Assembly (NCBI GenBank): GCA_041690135.1
Contig: JAWLHY010000004.1
Location: forward strand, 445,856 to 509,855
DNA length: 64,000 nt
Direction: 5' to 3'
Source of the DNA: Armatimonadota bacterium
Lineage (GTDB): Bacteria > Armatimonadota > SYMT01
In this document: positions 18,524 to 28,351 of the stretch, one piece after another
Position numbering within the stretch: position 1 is the stretch's first letter
How the letters are laid out: each line of letters starts with the position of its first letter
The notes under the pieces: model-generated
Database searches by the model: none
What the model was told of the DNA's origin: nothing
The model's input: the letters and a program-made list of their open reading frames with translations, nothing else
Program-made: the position numbers and the translations under genes

Positions 18524-19642
18524 CTACCGGGTGCTAGCAACGTGCGCCGCGGCGGCGCTCTTCTTCTGGAAACCGAACCGGAACAGCCCCTCCCAGAACC
18601 CCAGGCCGTAGCCGGTGTGGAGGATCACCGCACCCAACGCCACGCCGGGCCAGAGGGCGAGCGACTTGCCAGAGGCCACCAATGAACCCACCGCCACGGC
18701 GGAGAGGTAGAGGCCCCAGTAAAAGGCACCGAGAAGGGAGAACCACCCACCCAGCGGCAGCAGAGCCAGGGCCAGGCCCCCGCCGGCCACGAACGCGGCC
18801 GGTACCAGTTGCCGCCAGCTCCCGAGCCGCCCATGCTTCTGCCAGATCCGCACCTTCCAGAAGCCATACTGGCGGTACTGCTTCCAGAGGTGTGAGAAAC
18901 GACTGCGCGCGTAGTACCGCAGCCGGATCCGCGGATCGAACCAGAGTCGCTCCCCGGCCGCCAGCAACCGGATGTTGAACTCGTCGTCCTGGTCCCGGAC
19001 CATCTCCTCATCGAAGTAGCCGTGTCGCAGGAACGTCTCGCGCCGGTAAGCGCCAAACACCACGGTGTCCGCGTAGCCGGCCTGGCCCCCCGTCCGGAAG
19101 CTGTTCTGGCCGACGCCGATGCGCGACGACTGGGCCGTTGCGATGGCTTGACCGGCGTAACCTTCGGCGATCGTCTCGCAGACCCCGCCGGTCCCGATCA
19201 CCTCGGGATGGGCCTGGAGGTTTTCCCAGGCTCGCTCGAGCCAGCGGGGATCGGCCTCGGCGTGGGCGCCCATAATCACCACCACCTGGCCCGTGCTCGC
19301 CCGGATTCCCCGGTTGAGACCGTGAGAGGTGAAGCGCTCGGGATTATCGACCAGCCGCACGCAGGGGTAGCGGCGGGACCATTCCGCCACCCGTTCCCGG
19401 GTGCCGTCGGTGCTCCCCCCATCGGCCACGAGGATCTCCAGGCGTTCCGTGGGCCAACTGCCCCGGACCAGGCTCTCGATGCAGCGATCGATGTAGCCGG
19501 CTTCCTGAAACGCGGGGATCACCACGCTGATCGTGGGGGTTTCGCTTGGTAAGTCTGTAGGCTGTTCAGGCATCACCCCGGACAATGCCGCGGGGGGTGG
19601 CCGTGGTGCACGCTCCCGAATGCGGGAAGCAGGGGGTTGCAT
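18524..19642 (-). CDS. Glycosyltransferase family 2 (ExoA-like) with C-terminal TM helices
   Basis: SVVIPAFQE, DGGSTDGT, ADTVVFGAYRR, QDDEFN, QYGFWK; the start may be ATG 19573. Confidence 0.9.
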   Translation of the reverse strand: MQPPASRIRERAPRPPPAALSGVMPEQPTDLPSETPTISVVIPAFQEAGYIDRCIESLVRGSWPTERLEILVADGGSTDGTRERVAEWSRRYPCVRLVDNPERFTSHGLNRGIRASTGQVVVIMGAHAEADPRWLERAWENLQAHPEVIGTGGVCETIAEGYAGQAIATAQSSRIGVGQNSFRTGGQAGYADTVVFGAYRRETFLRHGYFDEEMVRDQDDEFNIRLLAAGERLWFDPRIRLRYYARSRFSHLWKQYRQYGFWKVRIWQKHGRLGSWRQLVPAAFVAGGGLALALLPLGGWFSLLGAFYWGLYLSAVAVGSLVASGKSLALWPGVALGAVILHTGYGLGFWEGLFRFGFQKKSAAAAHVASTR

Positions 19643-19820
19643 CAGAAAAGTGAATGGGGGAACGGGGAGCCGAAATCCACGGCCTCTCCCATTCCCCCAT
19701 TCTTCACTTCCGGCGCTCCGCCAGGACTGCTAACCTACGGGGCATCTGCTATTGGGAATGCCTCGCATTCCCCCACTCTTCCCCTCTCCCATTCCACGTG
19801 GGGCGCTACGGAGCCTGCGG

Positions 19821-20573
19821 TCATAACGGCTTGCGGGCCGCGAGGCAAAGGGTGGTGGTTCCTTTCGACTGCCGGAAGGCCATCCAACCGAGTGTCTGCA
19901 CCCAGTAGAGCCAGACTAGCATGCAGTGGCGAGCCAGGCCCAGGCCGTCCCGGCTCGCCAGGAGCTTGCCGACGGACCGCACACTCTCGTCCCATAACGC
20001 CCCCTTCGGGAAGAGCTGCCAGAGATGTTCGACTTCCATCTTGCTGCCGACGAGCTCCGCCAGCCCTTCCGGCGTGTAGTGGCGCCGGTGATGCTTGGCC
20101 GGAATGGGCGCGGTGCGACCGTTCGGCGTCGTCGCGATGAGCACGCCGCCCGGCTTGAGCACCCGGAAGATCTCGTCGACCACGGCCCGGTCGTCTTCCA
20201 CGTGCTCGATCACCTCGATCATGAGGACCGCATCGAACGTGTTGTCTTTGAAGGGAATCTGCTCGCCCCGGCCGAAGACCGGCACGTGCTGGGGACCACT
20301 GAACTGCGCCAGGCTCTTGCTATTGAACCCCAGCCAGTTCTCCTCCGATACAGGAAGATCCAGCCCCACGACGGTTCCCCGCAGGCTTCCGGTGTACGGA
20401 GAACGTCTCGCACCCAGGTCCAGCACCTTCCGGCTGCCCCGGCAGAACCGCCGCACCATGTACTCGACTACCGTCGCATGCTGACCGTAAACCAGCGGCG
20501 CCACCAACCATCGCATCCGACGGGCCGACGCTCGAATGAGCGAGGCCGGGGAAGAGGTGTCCTGCGCTACCAT
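19821..20573 (-). CDS. Class I SAM-dependent methyltransferase (Methyltransf_11-like)
   Basis: VLDLGA, IPFKDNTFDAV..EVIEHV, RVLKPGG; GGAGGTG RBS before ATG 20573. Confidence 0.88.
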   Translation of the reverse strand: MVAQDTSSPASLIRASARRMRWLVAPLVYGQHATVVEYMVRRFCRGSRKVLDLGARRSPYTGSLRGTVVGLDLPVSEENWLGFNSKSLAQFSGPQHVPVFGRGEQIPFKDNTFDAVLMIEVIEHVEDDRAVVDEIFRVLKPGGVLIATTPNGRTAPIPAKHHRRHYTPEGLAELVGSKMEVEHLWQLFPKGALWDESVRSVGKLLASRDGLGLARHCMLVWLYWVQTLGWMAFRQSKGTTTLCLAARKPL

Positions 20574-20589
20574 TTGTCTCACCTCCATC

Positions 20590-21576
20590 TCAGCTTCCGG
20601 TCCGGAGTGCTTCTTCATAGACTCGCACTACCTGCCGGGCCACCTGTTCCATCGAAATCTGCTGAACTACCCGCCGGCCTGCCGACCGGCCGCCGGAGCG
20701 TACGGCACTCACCACCGCTTCGGCCAAGGCCTTCGGTTCCCGGGGCACAATCCAGCAGCCGTCGGTCCCCTCGAGCCAGCGCCGCACATCGCCCACATCC
20801 ACGCTCACCACCGAAACGTTGCACGCCAGCGCTTCCTTCACGATGTTGGGGGACCCCTCATGTTGGCTGGTTAACAGCATCAGGTCCGCCGCGTTGAGGT
20901 AGGTCGGCACCTCTCCCGGAGGCACCCCCTTGAGCGGCTCCATGCGGATGGTGGGAAGCTCTGTCCGAGCTCGCTCCACCACCTGTCGGGCCAGGTCGAG
21001 GCGTTTCACGGCCGAACGGCTCTGGCCCGACACGATGACCACGGGCTCATCCTCGGGCCAGCCCAGTTTTCTCCGGGCCTCCCGGCGCTCCATCTCGTGG
21101 AACAACTCCAGGTCCACGCCGTTGGGGATCACCCGGCAGCGCTGCCGGTCGCGTTGCCGCCACAGCTTCCCCACCAGCGCCGGGCTTTTGGCCACCAGGG
21201 CCGAGGCCAGGGGCGCGGCCAACTGCGAGCAAAGGACTCCCGCCGTGGCGTAGGCCCGGTCGAAACGGGGCCCGGCGCGCAGGCCATTCAGGTCCGACCC
21301 ACAAAAGGAGACCACTACCGGACGCCGGGACGCCGCCACGGCTGCCAGCGCAGTACGTCCGCCGTACTGGGCGTGCACCACGTCGTAGGTGTCGCGCGCC
21401 AGGAGCTGGCGGAGTTCGCGAACCCCCGCGACCCAGGCCGGACCCACCCCGGATACGACGCGCACGTCTACATGCACCCCTTCGCGCCGCAACGAGTCGA
21501 TCTGCCGCTGAATGAAGATCCCCGCCGAATCCCGGCCGCTAGTTGGCAGCGCGTTCGTCACGCACAAGACTCGCAT
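20590..21576 (-). CDS. Glycosyltransferase family 4
   Basis: VVHAQY, GSD, IPNGVD, EGSPNIVKEALAC, DVGDV. Confidence 0.92.
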   Translation of the reverse strand: MRVLCVTNALPTSGRDSAGIFIQRQIDSLRREGVHVDVRVVSGVGPAWVAGVRELRQLLARDTYDVVHAQYGGRTALAAVAASRRPVVVSFCGSDLNGLRAGPRFDRAYATAGVLCSQLAAPLASALVAKSPALVGKLWRQRDRQRCRVIPNGVDLELFHEMERREARRKLGWPEDEPVVIVSGQSRSAVKRLDLARQVVERARTELPTIRMEPLKGVPPGEVPTYLNAADLMLLTSQHEGSPNIVKEALACNVSVVSVDVGDVRRWLEGTDGCWIVPREPKALAEAVVSAVRSGGRSAGRRVVQQISMEQVARQVVRVYEEALRTGS

Positions 21577-21580
21577 GCGT

Positions 21581-23044
21581 TTACCCTGCTGCCTTCTGGG
21601 GTGAAAGGGCGGGCAGGCGCGAGGCCGGGGGATCGAAAACCCCCTCGGGCAAGCGCGAGACCCGCCGAATCCGCCGAGCGCCATGCAACCGGAACCCCTC
21701 CGCCGCCAGGGCGATGAAGACCATCGGCATCGCCAGCTTGAGCCCGCTATGGCACTGATAGCCGATGGCCATCAGCAGCCACACCACCGTGGAGGCCCGG
21801 ATGAGGCCCCGGGATTCCCGCCAACTCTGCAAGAGGACGGAGGCGCCGAAAGCAATCCAGAGAGAGGCGCCGATGATCCCGTGTTCCGCCAGGGCTCGGA
21901 CCAGCTCGTTGTGGGATCCGACCCGGCCGCCGGTAAACGCGAACAACCCCTGCGAGGCGGAGAAGAAGTTACCGGTCCCCACGCCGAAGAGCGGCTGGTG
22001 CCAGAAGATCCGCAGCCCCAGCGCCCAGATCTCCTCGCGACGGGACATGCCCGCCTCCTGGTAACGGTCCATCAGCACCTCTCCGGTGTGCTGCACCGCA
22101 AACCAGCCCGCCGCCGCCAGCACCACCACGCCGCCCAACAGCGCCACCGAGAACCGTCCCTGGGCGAGCAGGATCAGCACGTAGACGAACAGGCCGGCGG
22201 CCAGCAGGTAACCCGCGCCTCGCGTGAAGGTGAGCAATGCGGCCAGGGTTTGGGCCGAGGCCAGCATCAGGTAGAGGATGCGCGGCAACCACTTCTGCTC
22301 CACGTCCGCGAGAAAGATGCAGGCGAACGCGCCGAAGGCCATCAGCATCCCGGCCTGGTTCGGCCCGAATCCCCCAGAGGAAGTCCAGTTCGACTGGGTT
22401 GTCCACTCGACTTCCTCTTTGAAGGAGCCTTGCAGCGCCATCCCCGAGATAGCCAGCGTGCCGGCGACAAAGGTGGCCAGTACCCGCAGCGTGTGCTCCG
22501 GGCGCAGGTCGGTGCGCTGGGCGATGATCAGATAAGCGAGCATCGCGCCCGTCATCACGGTCATCCAGCGCGCGTCCTCGTTATCCGCCGCGATGGCGAC
22601 TCCCGCGACTTCCACGAGCACGTAGCAGCTCAAGAAGATGACCGGAAGCCGCACCTTGGCCCGCCGCTGGAGCATGGCGAAGAAGGCGCAGAGGATCGCC
22701 ACGTATTCCACCGTCAGGTAAGGCAGCCGTTCCCCATAACCCCGCAGCGCCGGCTCGGCGGCGGCCATGTAGGTCAAGAGGCAGAATGTGGCGAGATACC
22801 GCCGCCGCAGCACCTGCGCCAGCGCGAGGAGCGACAGCAGTGCAAAGATGCCCGACCCGATCGCCTTTCCGGCGCCACCGCCGTGCTGCACCGCCTGCCA
22901 CAGGCCCACACTCAAGGCGCCCCAGAGGAGCAGAAAGGGAATCTGCGAGGGCATCCCCTTCTCTTCCGCGTGCGACGCCGCCTCGACCTGCCGCGCGGGC
23001 GTGAGTGTATTCCATTCCGATCCACGTGCAAGCGCACCTACCAC
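21581..23044 (-). CDS. O-antigen ligase / Wzy polymerase family membrane protein
   Basis: Many TM helices; TFTRG, R..IW, PLFGVGTGNF, HNE...AEHGIIG; alternative start ATG 22954. Confidence 0.88.
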   Translation of the reverse strand: MVGALARGSEWNTLTPARQVEAASHAEEKGMPSQIPFLLLWGALSVGLWQAVQHGGGAGKAIGSGIFALLSLLALAQVLRRRYLATFCLLTYMAAAEPALRGYGERLPYLTVEYVAILCAFFAMLQRRAKVRLPVIFLSCYVLVEVAGVAIAADNEDARWMTVMTGAMLAYLIIAQRTDLRPEHTLRVLATFVAGTLAISGMALQGSFKEEVEWTTQSNWTSSGGFGPNQAGMLMAFGAFACIFLADVEQKWLPRILYLMLASAQTLAALLTFTRGAGYLLAAGLFVYVLILLAQGRFSVALLGGVVVLAAAGWFAVQHTGEVLMDRYQEAGMSRREEIWALGLRIFWHQPLFGVGTGNFFSASQGLFAFTGGRVGSHNELVRALAEHGIIGASLWIAFGASVLLQSWRESRGLIRASTVVWLLMAIGYQCHSGLKLAMPMVFIALAAEGFRLHGARRIRRVSRLPEGVFDPPASRLPALSPQKAAG

Positions 23045-24171
23045 TGCATCACCTGCCTGTAAATCTCGGTCAACCGCCGGGCGGTGAGACCCTGATCGAA
23101 CTCATTTCGTGCGAGCGCCTCACCCTGTTCCCCCAGGGCCTTCCGGGCGTCGCTGCCCATTTCCACCAGCGCGTCCAGTGCGGCCGCCAGCGCCTCCGGC
23201 TGTCCGGGCGGGACGAGAAATCCGGGCCCGTGCTCCGGGAGATCGAGTGCAATCTCTCCCACCCGGGTGGCGGCGAACGGCAGACCCGCGGCCATGTATT
23301 CCAGAACCGCCAGCGGTCCCGACTCACGGGAGGACGAAAGAACGCCCGCATCACACGCCCGGAGGATCCCCGGCACGTCGCTCCGCGCTCCGGCAAAGAT
23401 CACCTGCTCCCGCAAATCCAGGTCCACCACCGTTTGCCGCACCCGTTCGAAGTAGGGGTTGGGCCCCTCTCCCGCATGACCGAGCAGCAACAACCGGATC
23501 CGAGAGCGCTGCCGGGCCTGGGCCAGCGCGCGGAGCGCCGTGAAGTGGTCCTTCTGATCGCGGAAGTTCGCCACCAGCGCCATCAGCACGGCGTCTCGCG
23601 GAACCTGGAACTCGGGCCGCACATCCACCGGACGGGCGGCCCGGAACCGCGCGGTATCGATCCCGTTGCGCAGCAGGAAGGTTCGCTCTCCGGGCCACCC
23701 CATCCGCTCGCGAGCCCAGCCGCACGCCCACCGGTCGACGCCGATCACCGCGCTGAGGCCGGTGCGGAACGCCAGGCGCGTGGCCCGGTCCGGCTCCGGC
23801 GTCCCCGCGTTTTCACGGGCCCGGTGGTCGTGGAACACGTGCCGGCAGCCGAGCTTGCCCGGCAGGAGTGCCGCGGCCACGTATTGGAGCGGCCCGACGC
23901 CGTGGCTGTGGATGATCCGGATGCCCTGCTTCCGTACGAACGCCCGCAGCGCCAGGAAGCACCGGAGATCCCAACGCTGCCGGCGCTCCAGCACCAGCAC
24001 CGGCACGTCGCCGGTCAACTCCCGCCGCACCGGTCCGTCGCCGCGCGTCGAGAGGAGCGCGGGTCGAATGGAGGCGCGGTCGGAGTGGTTCGCCAACTCC
24101 ACCGCCATCCGCTCCGCACCGCCCAGGTCGAAACTCTGGACGACGTGTAAAACGCCGAGTGCCGCACTCAT
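23038..24171 (-). CDS. Glycosyltransferase family 4
   Basis: GGAERMA, NGID, KDH, ESGPLAVLEYMAAGLP. Confidence 0.92.
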   Translation of the reverse strand: MSAALGVLHVVQSFDLGGAERMAVELANHSDRASIRPALLSTRGDGPVRRELTGDVPVLVLERRQRWDLRCFLALRAFVRKQGIRIIHSHGVGPLQYVAAALLPGKLGCRHVFHDHRARENAGTPEPDRATRLAFRTGLSAVIGVDRWACGWARERMGWPGERTFLLRNGIDTARFRAARPVDVRPEFQVPRDAVLMALVANFRDQKDHFTALRALAQARQRSRIRLLLLGHAGEGPNPYFERVRQTVVDLDLREQVIFAGARSDVPGILRACDAGVLSSSRESGPLAVLEYMAAGLPFAATRVGEIALDLPEHGPGFLVPPGQPEALAAALDALVEMGSDARKALGEQGEALARNEFDQGLTARRLTEIYRQVMQW

Positions 24172-25367
24172 GCCGCCGCCTCCAGCACGCGGGTTGCGGC
24201 TCGCCGCGGCACCCCCAGCCGGTCGGTCAGGATGTGGTCCTGTAACTCGTAAAAGCTCTCCAGGGTGATGCCCCGCGTGTAGTCCCTTCCGGCCCCTGCC
24301 CGCCGCGCCAGCCCGGCGGGATCGTTAACGACCTCCCGGAGTCGCTCCGCCAAGGCAACGTGCTGGTTGAACGGGAAGATCAAGCCCCGCTCGCCGTGCG
24401 CGAGAATCTGGGCGTTGATACCGACTTCCGACGCGATCGGGACCGCTCCGCCCGCCATCGCCTCCGCCAGGACCCGCGGAAAACCTTCGGTGAGGGAAGC
24501 GAGGATGCCCACGTGAGCGCGCGCATAGGCCCGCCGCACTTCCCTTAGGGACACCCGTCCCCGCAGGTGCACGCGGTCTTCCAGCCCCAACTCGCGGGCC
24601 AGAGCCTGCAGCCGGGGGCGTTCGGGCCCGTCACCCAGGACTTCCAGGTCGATCTCGATGCCCTCCCGGCGCAAAAGCGCCAGGGACCGCAGGATGCTCC
24701 CCTGGTTCTTGTCCTGGTTCAGGTGACCGACGGTGACCGCCCGCAGCAACGGGATTCGTTCCAGCGACCGGCACGCGGCGAGCTTGTCTTCCACCTCGGG
24801 CCGGTCCGCCTCCCAGTCCTCGCGGGTGAAACTGGGGCTGAAGCTGGTGAGCACGTGCTCCGGCTGGTCCGGCCAGGAGCCGTAGACCGCCACCGGGCCG
24901 CCGAAGTCGCGCTGGTTCAGCCACCGCCGCTGGAGCCGGTAGAAGGGCGACTCGCCGGGATAACCGCCCCAGTTGCCCGCGTAAACCGCGAAGGGCCGCG
25001 TCTTCATGCCCTGTAACGCCAGCATCCCGATCAGCGCCACGTTACAGGGGCAGCGGAAGTGGACCACGTCCGATTCCCGGAGCGTCCGGCGCAGTACCGG
25101 CCACCACCGCGCCACGCACCGCAGCAGCCCCACCTTGCCGCGCAGATCCAGCCCTCCTCCTGGAGGCAACTGGCGGAGGCGGACGTGCGGGACCGGATAC
25201 GGCTCGTGGTTCGCCGGCGGATCGCCCGAGACGAAGGTTCCGCAGTAGGTCACTTCATCGAAACGTTCCAGCCAGGGGCGCAGTTGCCGCACCAGCGGGC
25301 TCAATGTGCAGAGCCGTCCGGAAGCATCTCGCGAATGTCGAGTGTCGCCGATGATCGCCAGCCGCAA
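24168..25367 (-). CDS. Glycosyltransferase family 4
   Basis: HFRCPCN, YAGNW, GDGPER, EGFPRVLAEAMAGG. Confidence 0.9.
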   Translation of the reverse strand: MRLAIIGDTRHSRDASGRLCTLSPLVRQLRPWLERFDEVTYCGTFVSGDPPANHEPYPVPHVRLRQLPPGGGLDLRGKVGLLRCVARWWPVLRRTLRESDVVHFRCPCNVALIGMLALQGMKTRPFAVYAGNWGGYPGESPFYRLQRRWLNQRDFGGPVAVYGSWPDQPEHVLTSFSPSFTREDWEADRPEVEDKLAACRSLERIPLLRAVTVGHLNQDKNQGSILRSLALLRREGIEIDLEVLGDGPERPRLQALARELGLEDRVHLRGRVSLREVRRAYARAHVGILASLTEGFPRVLAEAMAGGAVPIASEVGINAQILAHGERGLIFPFNQHVALAERLREVVNDPAGLARRAGAGRDYTRGITLESFYELQDHILTDRLGVPRRAATRVLEAAA

Positions 25368-25376
25368 CTCGACCTC

Positions 25377-27116
25377 CTATCGTGCCACCGGCGTGCGCCA
25401 GGGAGAACTGGTCTCGGAGGGCGCAGCGGGCGTAACGGGCGGAATGGAAGCGACGGGTGTAGACGGTGTGTAGACCGCAGGCGTGGGCGGCGCGGGAATC
25501 TTCGGACCCTCACGCAGAAGTCGCCGTGCCTGGGCGTGGGAGCGACCGACCCGATACGGCAGCAACGGCAGCGTCAGCAGGCTCTGGGCGATCCGCGCCG
25601 ACCGGGACACGCGCGCGTGGCTCTGTTTCTTCTCCCAGCCGACCAGCGACATGGCGACGAAGCGCAGCAGGCGCTCGCGGCGCTGCCGGGGCGTGAGGAA
25701 CCGGAGCATGTAGTACATCTGGGTGGGGGGCGGGAACGGCCGGAACAGGCCGTTGTTGGTGTGCGCCCACCAGCCGCCGTAAACGCGCAGCCCGCCCATC
25801 GGGGCCTTGTAATGCACCCGCACCGCGTCCGGGTTGTGAACGATCAGCCCGCCCGCCAGGTAAAGGCGGGTGCCGAAATCCATGTCCGTGTTCACGCCGT
25901 GATCGTAGCTGCGGTCGAAGCCACCTACCAGTTCCAGCGCCTTCCGGCTCAGCAGCGCGTTGCCGGAATCGAAGGTCTGGGCAATCCGGGGAAAGCGGAA
26001 GTCTTCCGGCAGCACATACTCCGCCGGGGGCGGTGGGATGGAAACACCGGTCGAAGCATGGGCGCCGTACGCCTCCAGCAGCCGCAGGTGACGCTCGATC
26101 AGGTCGGGTTGCGCCACCGAGTCATCGTCGAACAGGAAGACGTAGTCTCCCGTGGTCTCGGCGATGGCCGTATTGCGCGCCAGGCTCTGGCCCCGCTCGT
26201 CCTGCCAGATCACCCGCAGGCCGAGGTCCTCGTACGGCTCGTAAGCGCCCGGGTTCCTCTCTTCCGCGCCGTTCTGATCGACCACGATCACTTCGTCCGG
26301 CCGCAGCGTCTGCTCCGCCAGCGAGGTGAGCGCCGCCGGGACGTAAGGGTAACGGCCGAGAGTCGGGATGATCGCCGAGATCCGCGGCCTCCGGCGTGCG
26401 GCTTCCGCCCGGCGCACGACTCCGGAATGGTCCGGAGCCGGGTAGGTCCGGCAGCGGTTCGCCGCCAGAGACCGCGCCTGGGCTTCCCGGAACGGCTGCA
26501 CTCCCGCCAGCATCCGTCGCGCCTGGAGGTAGCGCGTCCAGTGCGGCTTGAACCAGCGCTGTACGAACACGTAGGCATCCGCCAACGAGGGCGGACGACC
26601 CGGGTCCATCCGCTCGGCCTGGGCGAGCACACGCGGCTCATACCACAGCACCGCTCCGCGTTTCAGCAGCCGGTAGCCCAACTCCAGCCCCGCACCTTCC
26701 AGCGTCTCGAAGGCGGGGTCGAGGCCGCCGACGGCTCGCACCGCCGCGGTGCGGAGCAGGCTGCACCGCAGGGAAAGGCGCCAACTGGTGGAACGGCGGT
26801 CCGCGGGAGCATCGATCCAGCTCCAGTCGGAAATCAGGTAGTCCAGGGCTTCCGGTTGTCCGGCCAGGTACAGGCGGAGACCACCGTGAATGCCGTCCGC
26901 GAGCCGGTGCGTCTCCGGCTCGAACCGTTCCAGCGACGGCGCCCCGAAGGCGGCATCCCAGAAGAGCAGATACTCCGCCGAAGACTCGTCCAGCACTCGT
27001 GCCAGCCGTTCCGCCGCTGCTGCCGGTTCCGCCGGCAACTCGTATACGCGGCCGGCGGGCCAGTGCGGCGTGGCATTCGGTTCGGCTCCCGGCCAGAGGA
27101 TCAGGTCAACCTGCAT
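25377..27116 (-). CDS. Glycosyltransferase family 2 (two-domain; N-terminal domain degenerate)
   Basis: ISAIIPTLGR, VVDQ, ARN, FLFDDD, GGFD, D.DFG.RL; Pro/Thr-rich tail. Confidence 0.88.
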   Translation of the reverse strand: MQVDLILWPGAEPNATPHWPAGRVYELPAEPAAAAERLARVLDESSAEYLLFWDAAFGAPSLERFEPETHRLADGIHGGLRLYLAGQPEALDYLISDWSWIDAPADRRSTSWRLSLRCSLLRTAAVRAVGGLDPAFETLEGAGLELGYRLLKRGAVLWYEPRVLAQAERMDPGRPPSLADAYVFVQRWFKPHWTRYLQARRMLAGVQPFREAQARSLAANRCRTYPAPDHSGVVRRAEAARRRPRISAIIPTLGRYPYVPAALTSLAEQTLRPDEVIVVDQNGAEERNPGAYEPYEDLGLRVIWQDERGQSLARNTAIAETTGDYVFLFDDDSVAQPDLIERHLRLLEAYGAHASTGVSIPPPPAEYVLPEDFRFPRIAQTFDSGNALLSRKALELVGGFDRSYDHGVNTDMDFGTRLYLAGGLIVHNPDAVRVHYKAPMGGLRVYGGWWAHTNNGLFRPFPPPTQMYYMLRFLTPRQRRERLLRFVAMSLVGWEKKQSHARVSRSARIAQSLLTLPLLPYRVGRSHAQARRLLREGPKIPAPPTPAVYTPSTPVASIPPVTPAAPSETSSPWRTPVAR

Positions 27117-28351
27117 GATTCGACCCCCTGTGGCAATCCCCGGCCGGCGGCCAGGCTGCGGTAGACTTGCTCAAATACATCGATCTGCGTCTCTATTCCA
27201 AACCGCTCCCGCACCTGCTGTCGCGCCGACTTCCCCATTCGCCGCCGCAGTTCCGGATCGCGAGCCAGCCGCGTCAGCCGGTCCGCCAGGGCGTCGATGT
27301 CGCGGCGTCGGACCACGTATCCATCCACCCCATCGCGCACGGCCTCGGGCATTCCCCCGGCGTCGGTAGTGATCACCGGAATCTCCATCGCCATCGCTTC
27401 CAGAGCTGCGTTGCTCAAGCCTTCACTCAGCGTCGGGAGCAGAAATACGTCTGCTTCCGTGAGGGCGGCGCGCACGGCCTCCCGCTTCTGCGCCCCGGCC
27501 AGCGTGACGTGATCGGAAAGCCCCTGGTCCCAGACCTCGAACTGGATCGCTTCCCGCTGGTCGCCCTCACCCACCACGAGGTAATGCGCCCGAATGCCTG
27601 CTTCGTGCACGTGACGCAGCGCACGTACGGCATCCGTGATCCCCTTCTTCCAGTGCAAGCGGGAAACCGTAAGGATGGACAACGTCTCTTTAGGCGTGGA
27701 ACGAGGCTCCGGCTGGAAGTATTCCCAGTTCACGGAAGGATAGTTGACGAACGCCTTGGCGGGATCGAGACCATACTCCATCGCGCTCCGGACCATCGCC
27801 TGGGTAACGCAGTGGACGGCATCCATCTCATCGAAGGCGCGCCGGATGGCGCCCGCCAGCGAGGGCCGCACCCGCGGAAGGATGTCGATATCGGCGCCGC
27901 GACAGCTGATCACCTTCTTTCCGGGCAGCAGTGCCGCCAGGTCGCCGTATTCCTCCACCAGCGACGAAAACTCGAAATGAACCACGTCCGGCGAACTGCC
28001 CAGGAACGGCAGCAGGCGGTATAGACGCTTGCCCAGCTCGGGGCCTGTACCGTAGCGCTTGCGAAGGTAGGCGATCCAGCGCCGGGCCTGTTTCGGATGT
28101 ACCGCCAGGGCCTGCGCCAACATCACCGGGAGGCGCGCGGCAGCCGCCGCCTGTGGCTGCGTCGGTGGGAGGTAACGCAGGGTGAGGGTCGGAGGCAAGG
28201 CCGCCAGCTCACTGGCGTAGGCCGCGACATCGCCCGGGTTCCGGGCCATCACCTCCACCTCGATGCCGCGCTGCGCCAGCCGCACCAGCTTCTGAAAGAT
28301 GAACGTCTGCGAAACCTGCGGAAAGGCTCCGGTAATCACCATCAAGCGCAC
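27101..28351 (-). CDS. Glycosyltransferase family 4 (WcaL-like)
   Basis: FPQVSQTFI, RGADI, KKG, EGLSNAALEAMA; AAGGAG RBS before GTG 28351. Confidence 0.9.
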   Translation of the reverse strand: MRLMVITGAFPQVSQTFIFQKLVRLAQRGIEVEVMARNPGDVAAYASELAALPPTLTLRYLPPTQPQAAAAARLPVMLAQALAVHPKQARRWIAYLRKRYGTGPELGKRLYRLLPFLGSSPDVVHFEFSSLVEEYGDLAALLPGKKVISCRGADIDILPRVRPSLAGAIRRAFDEMDAVHCVTQAMVRSAMEYGLDPAKAFVNYPSVNWEYFQPEPRSTPKETLSILTVSRLHWKKGITDAVRALRHVHEAGIRAHYLVVGEGDQREAIQFEVWDQGLSDHVTLAGAQKREAVRAALTEADVFLLPTLSEGLSNAALEAMAMEIPVITTDAGGMPEAVRDGVDGYVVRRRDIDALADRLTRLARDPELRRRMGKSARQQVRERFGIETQIDVFEQVYRSLAAGRGLPQGVESCRLT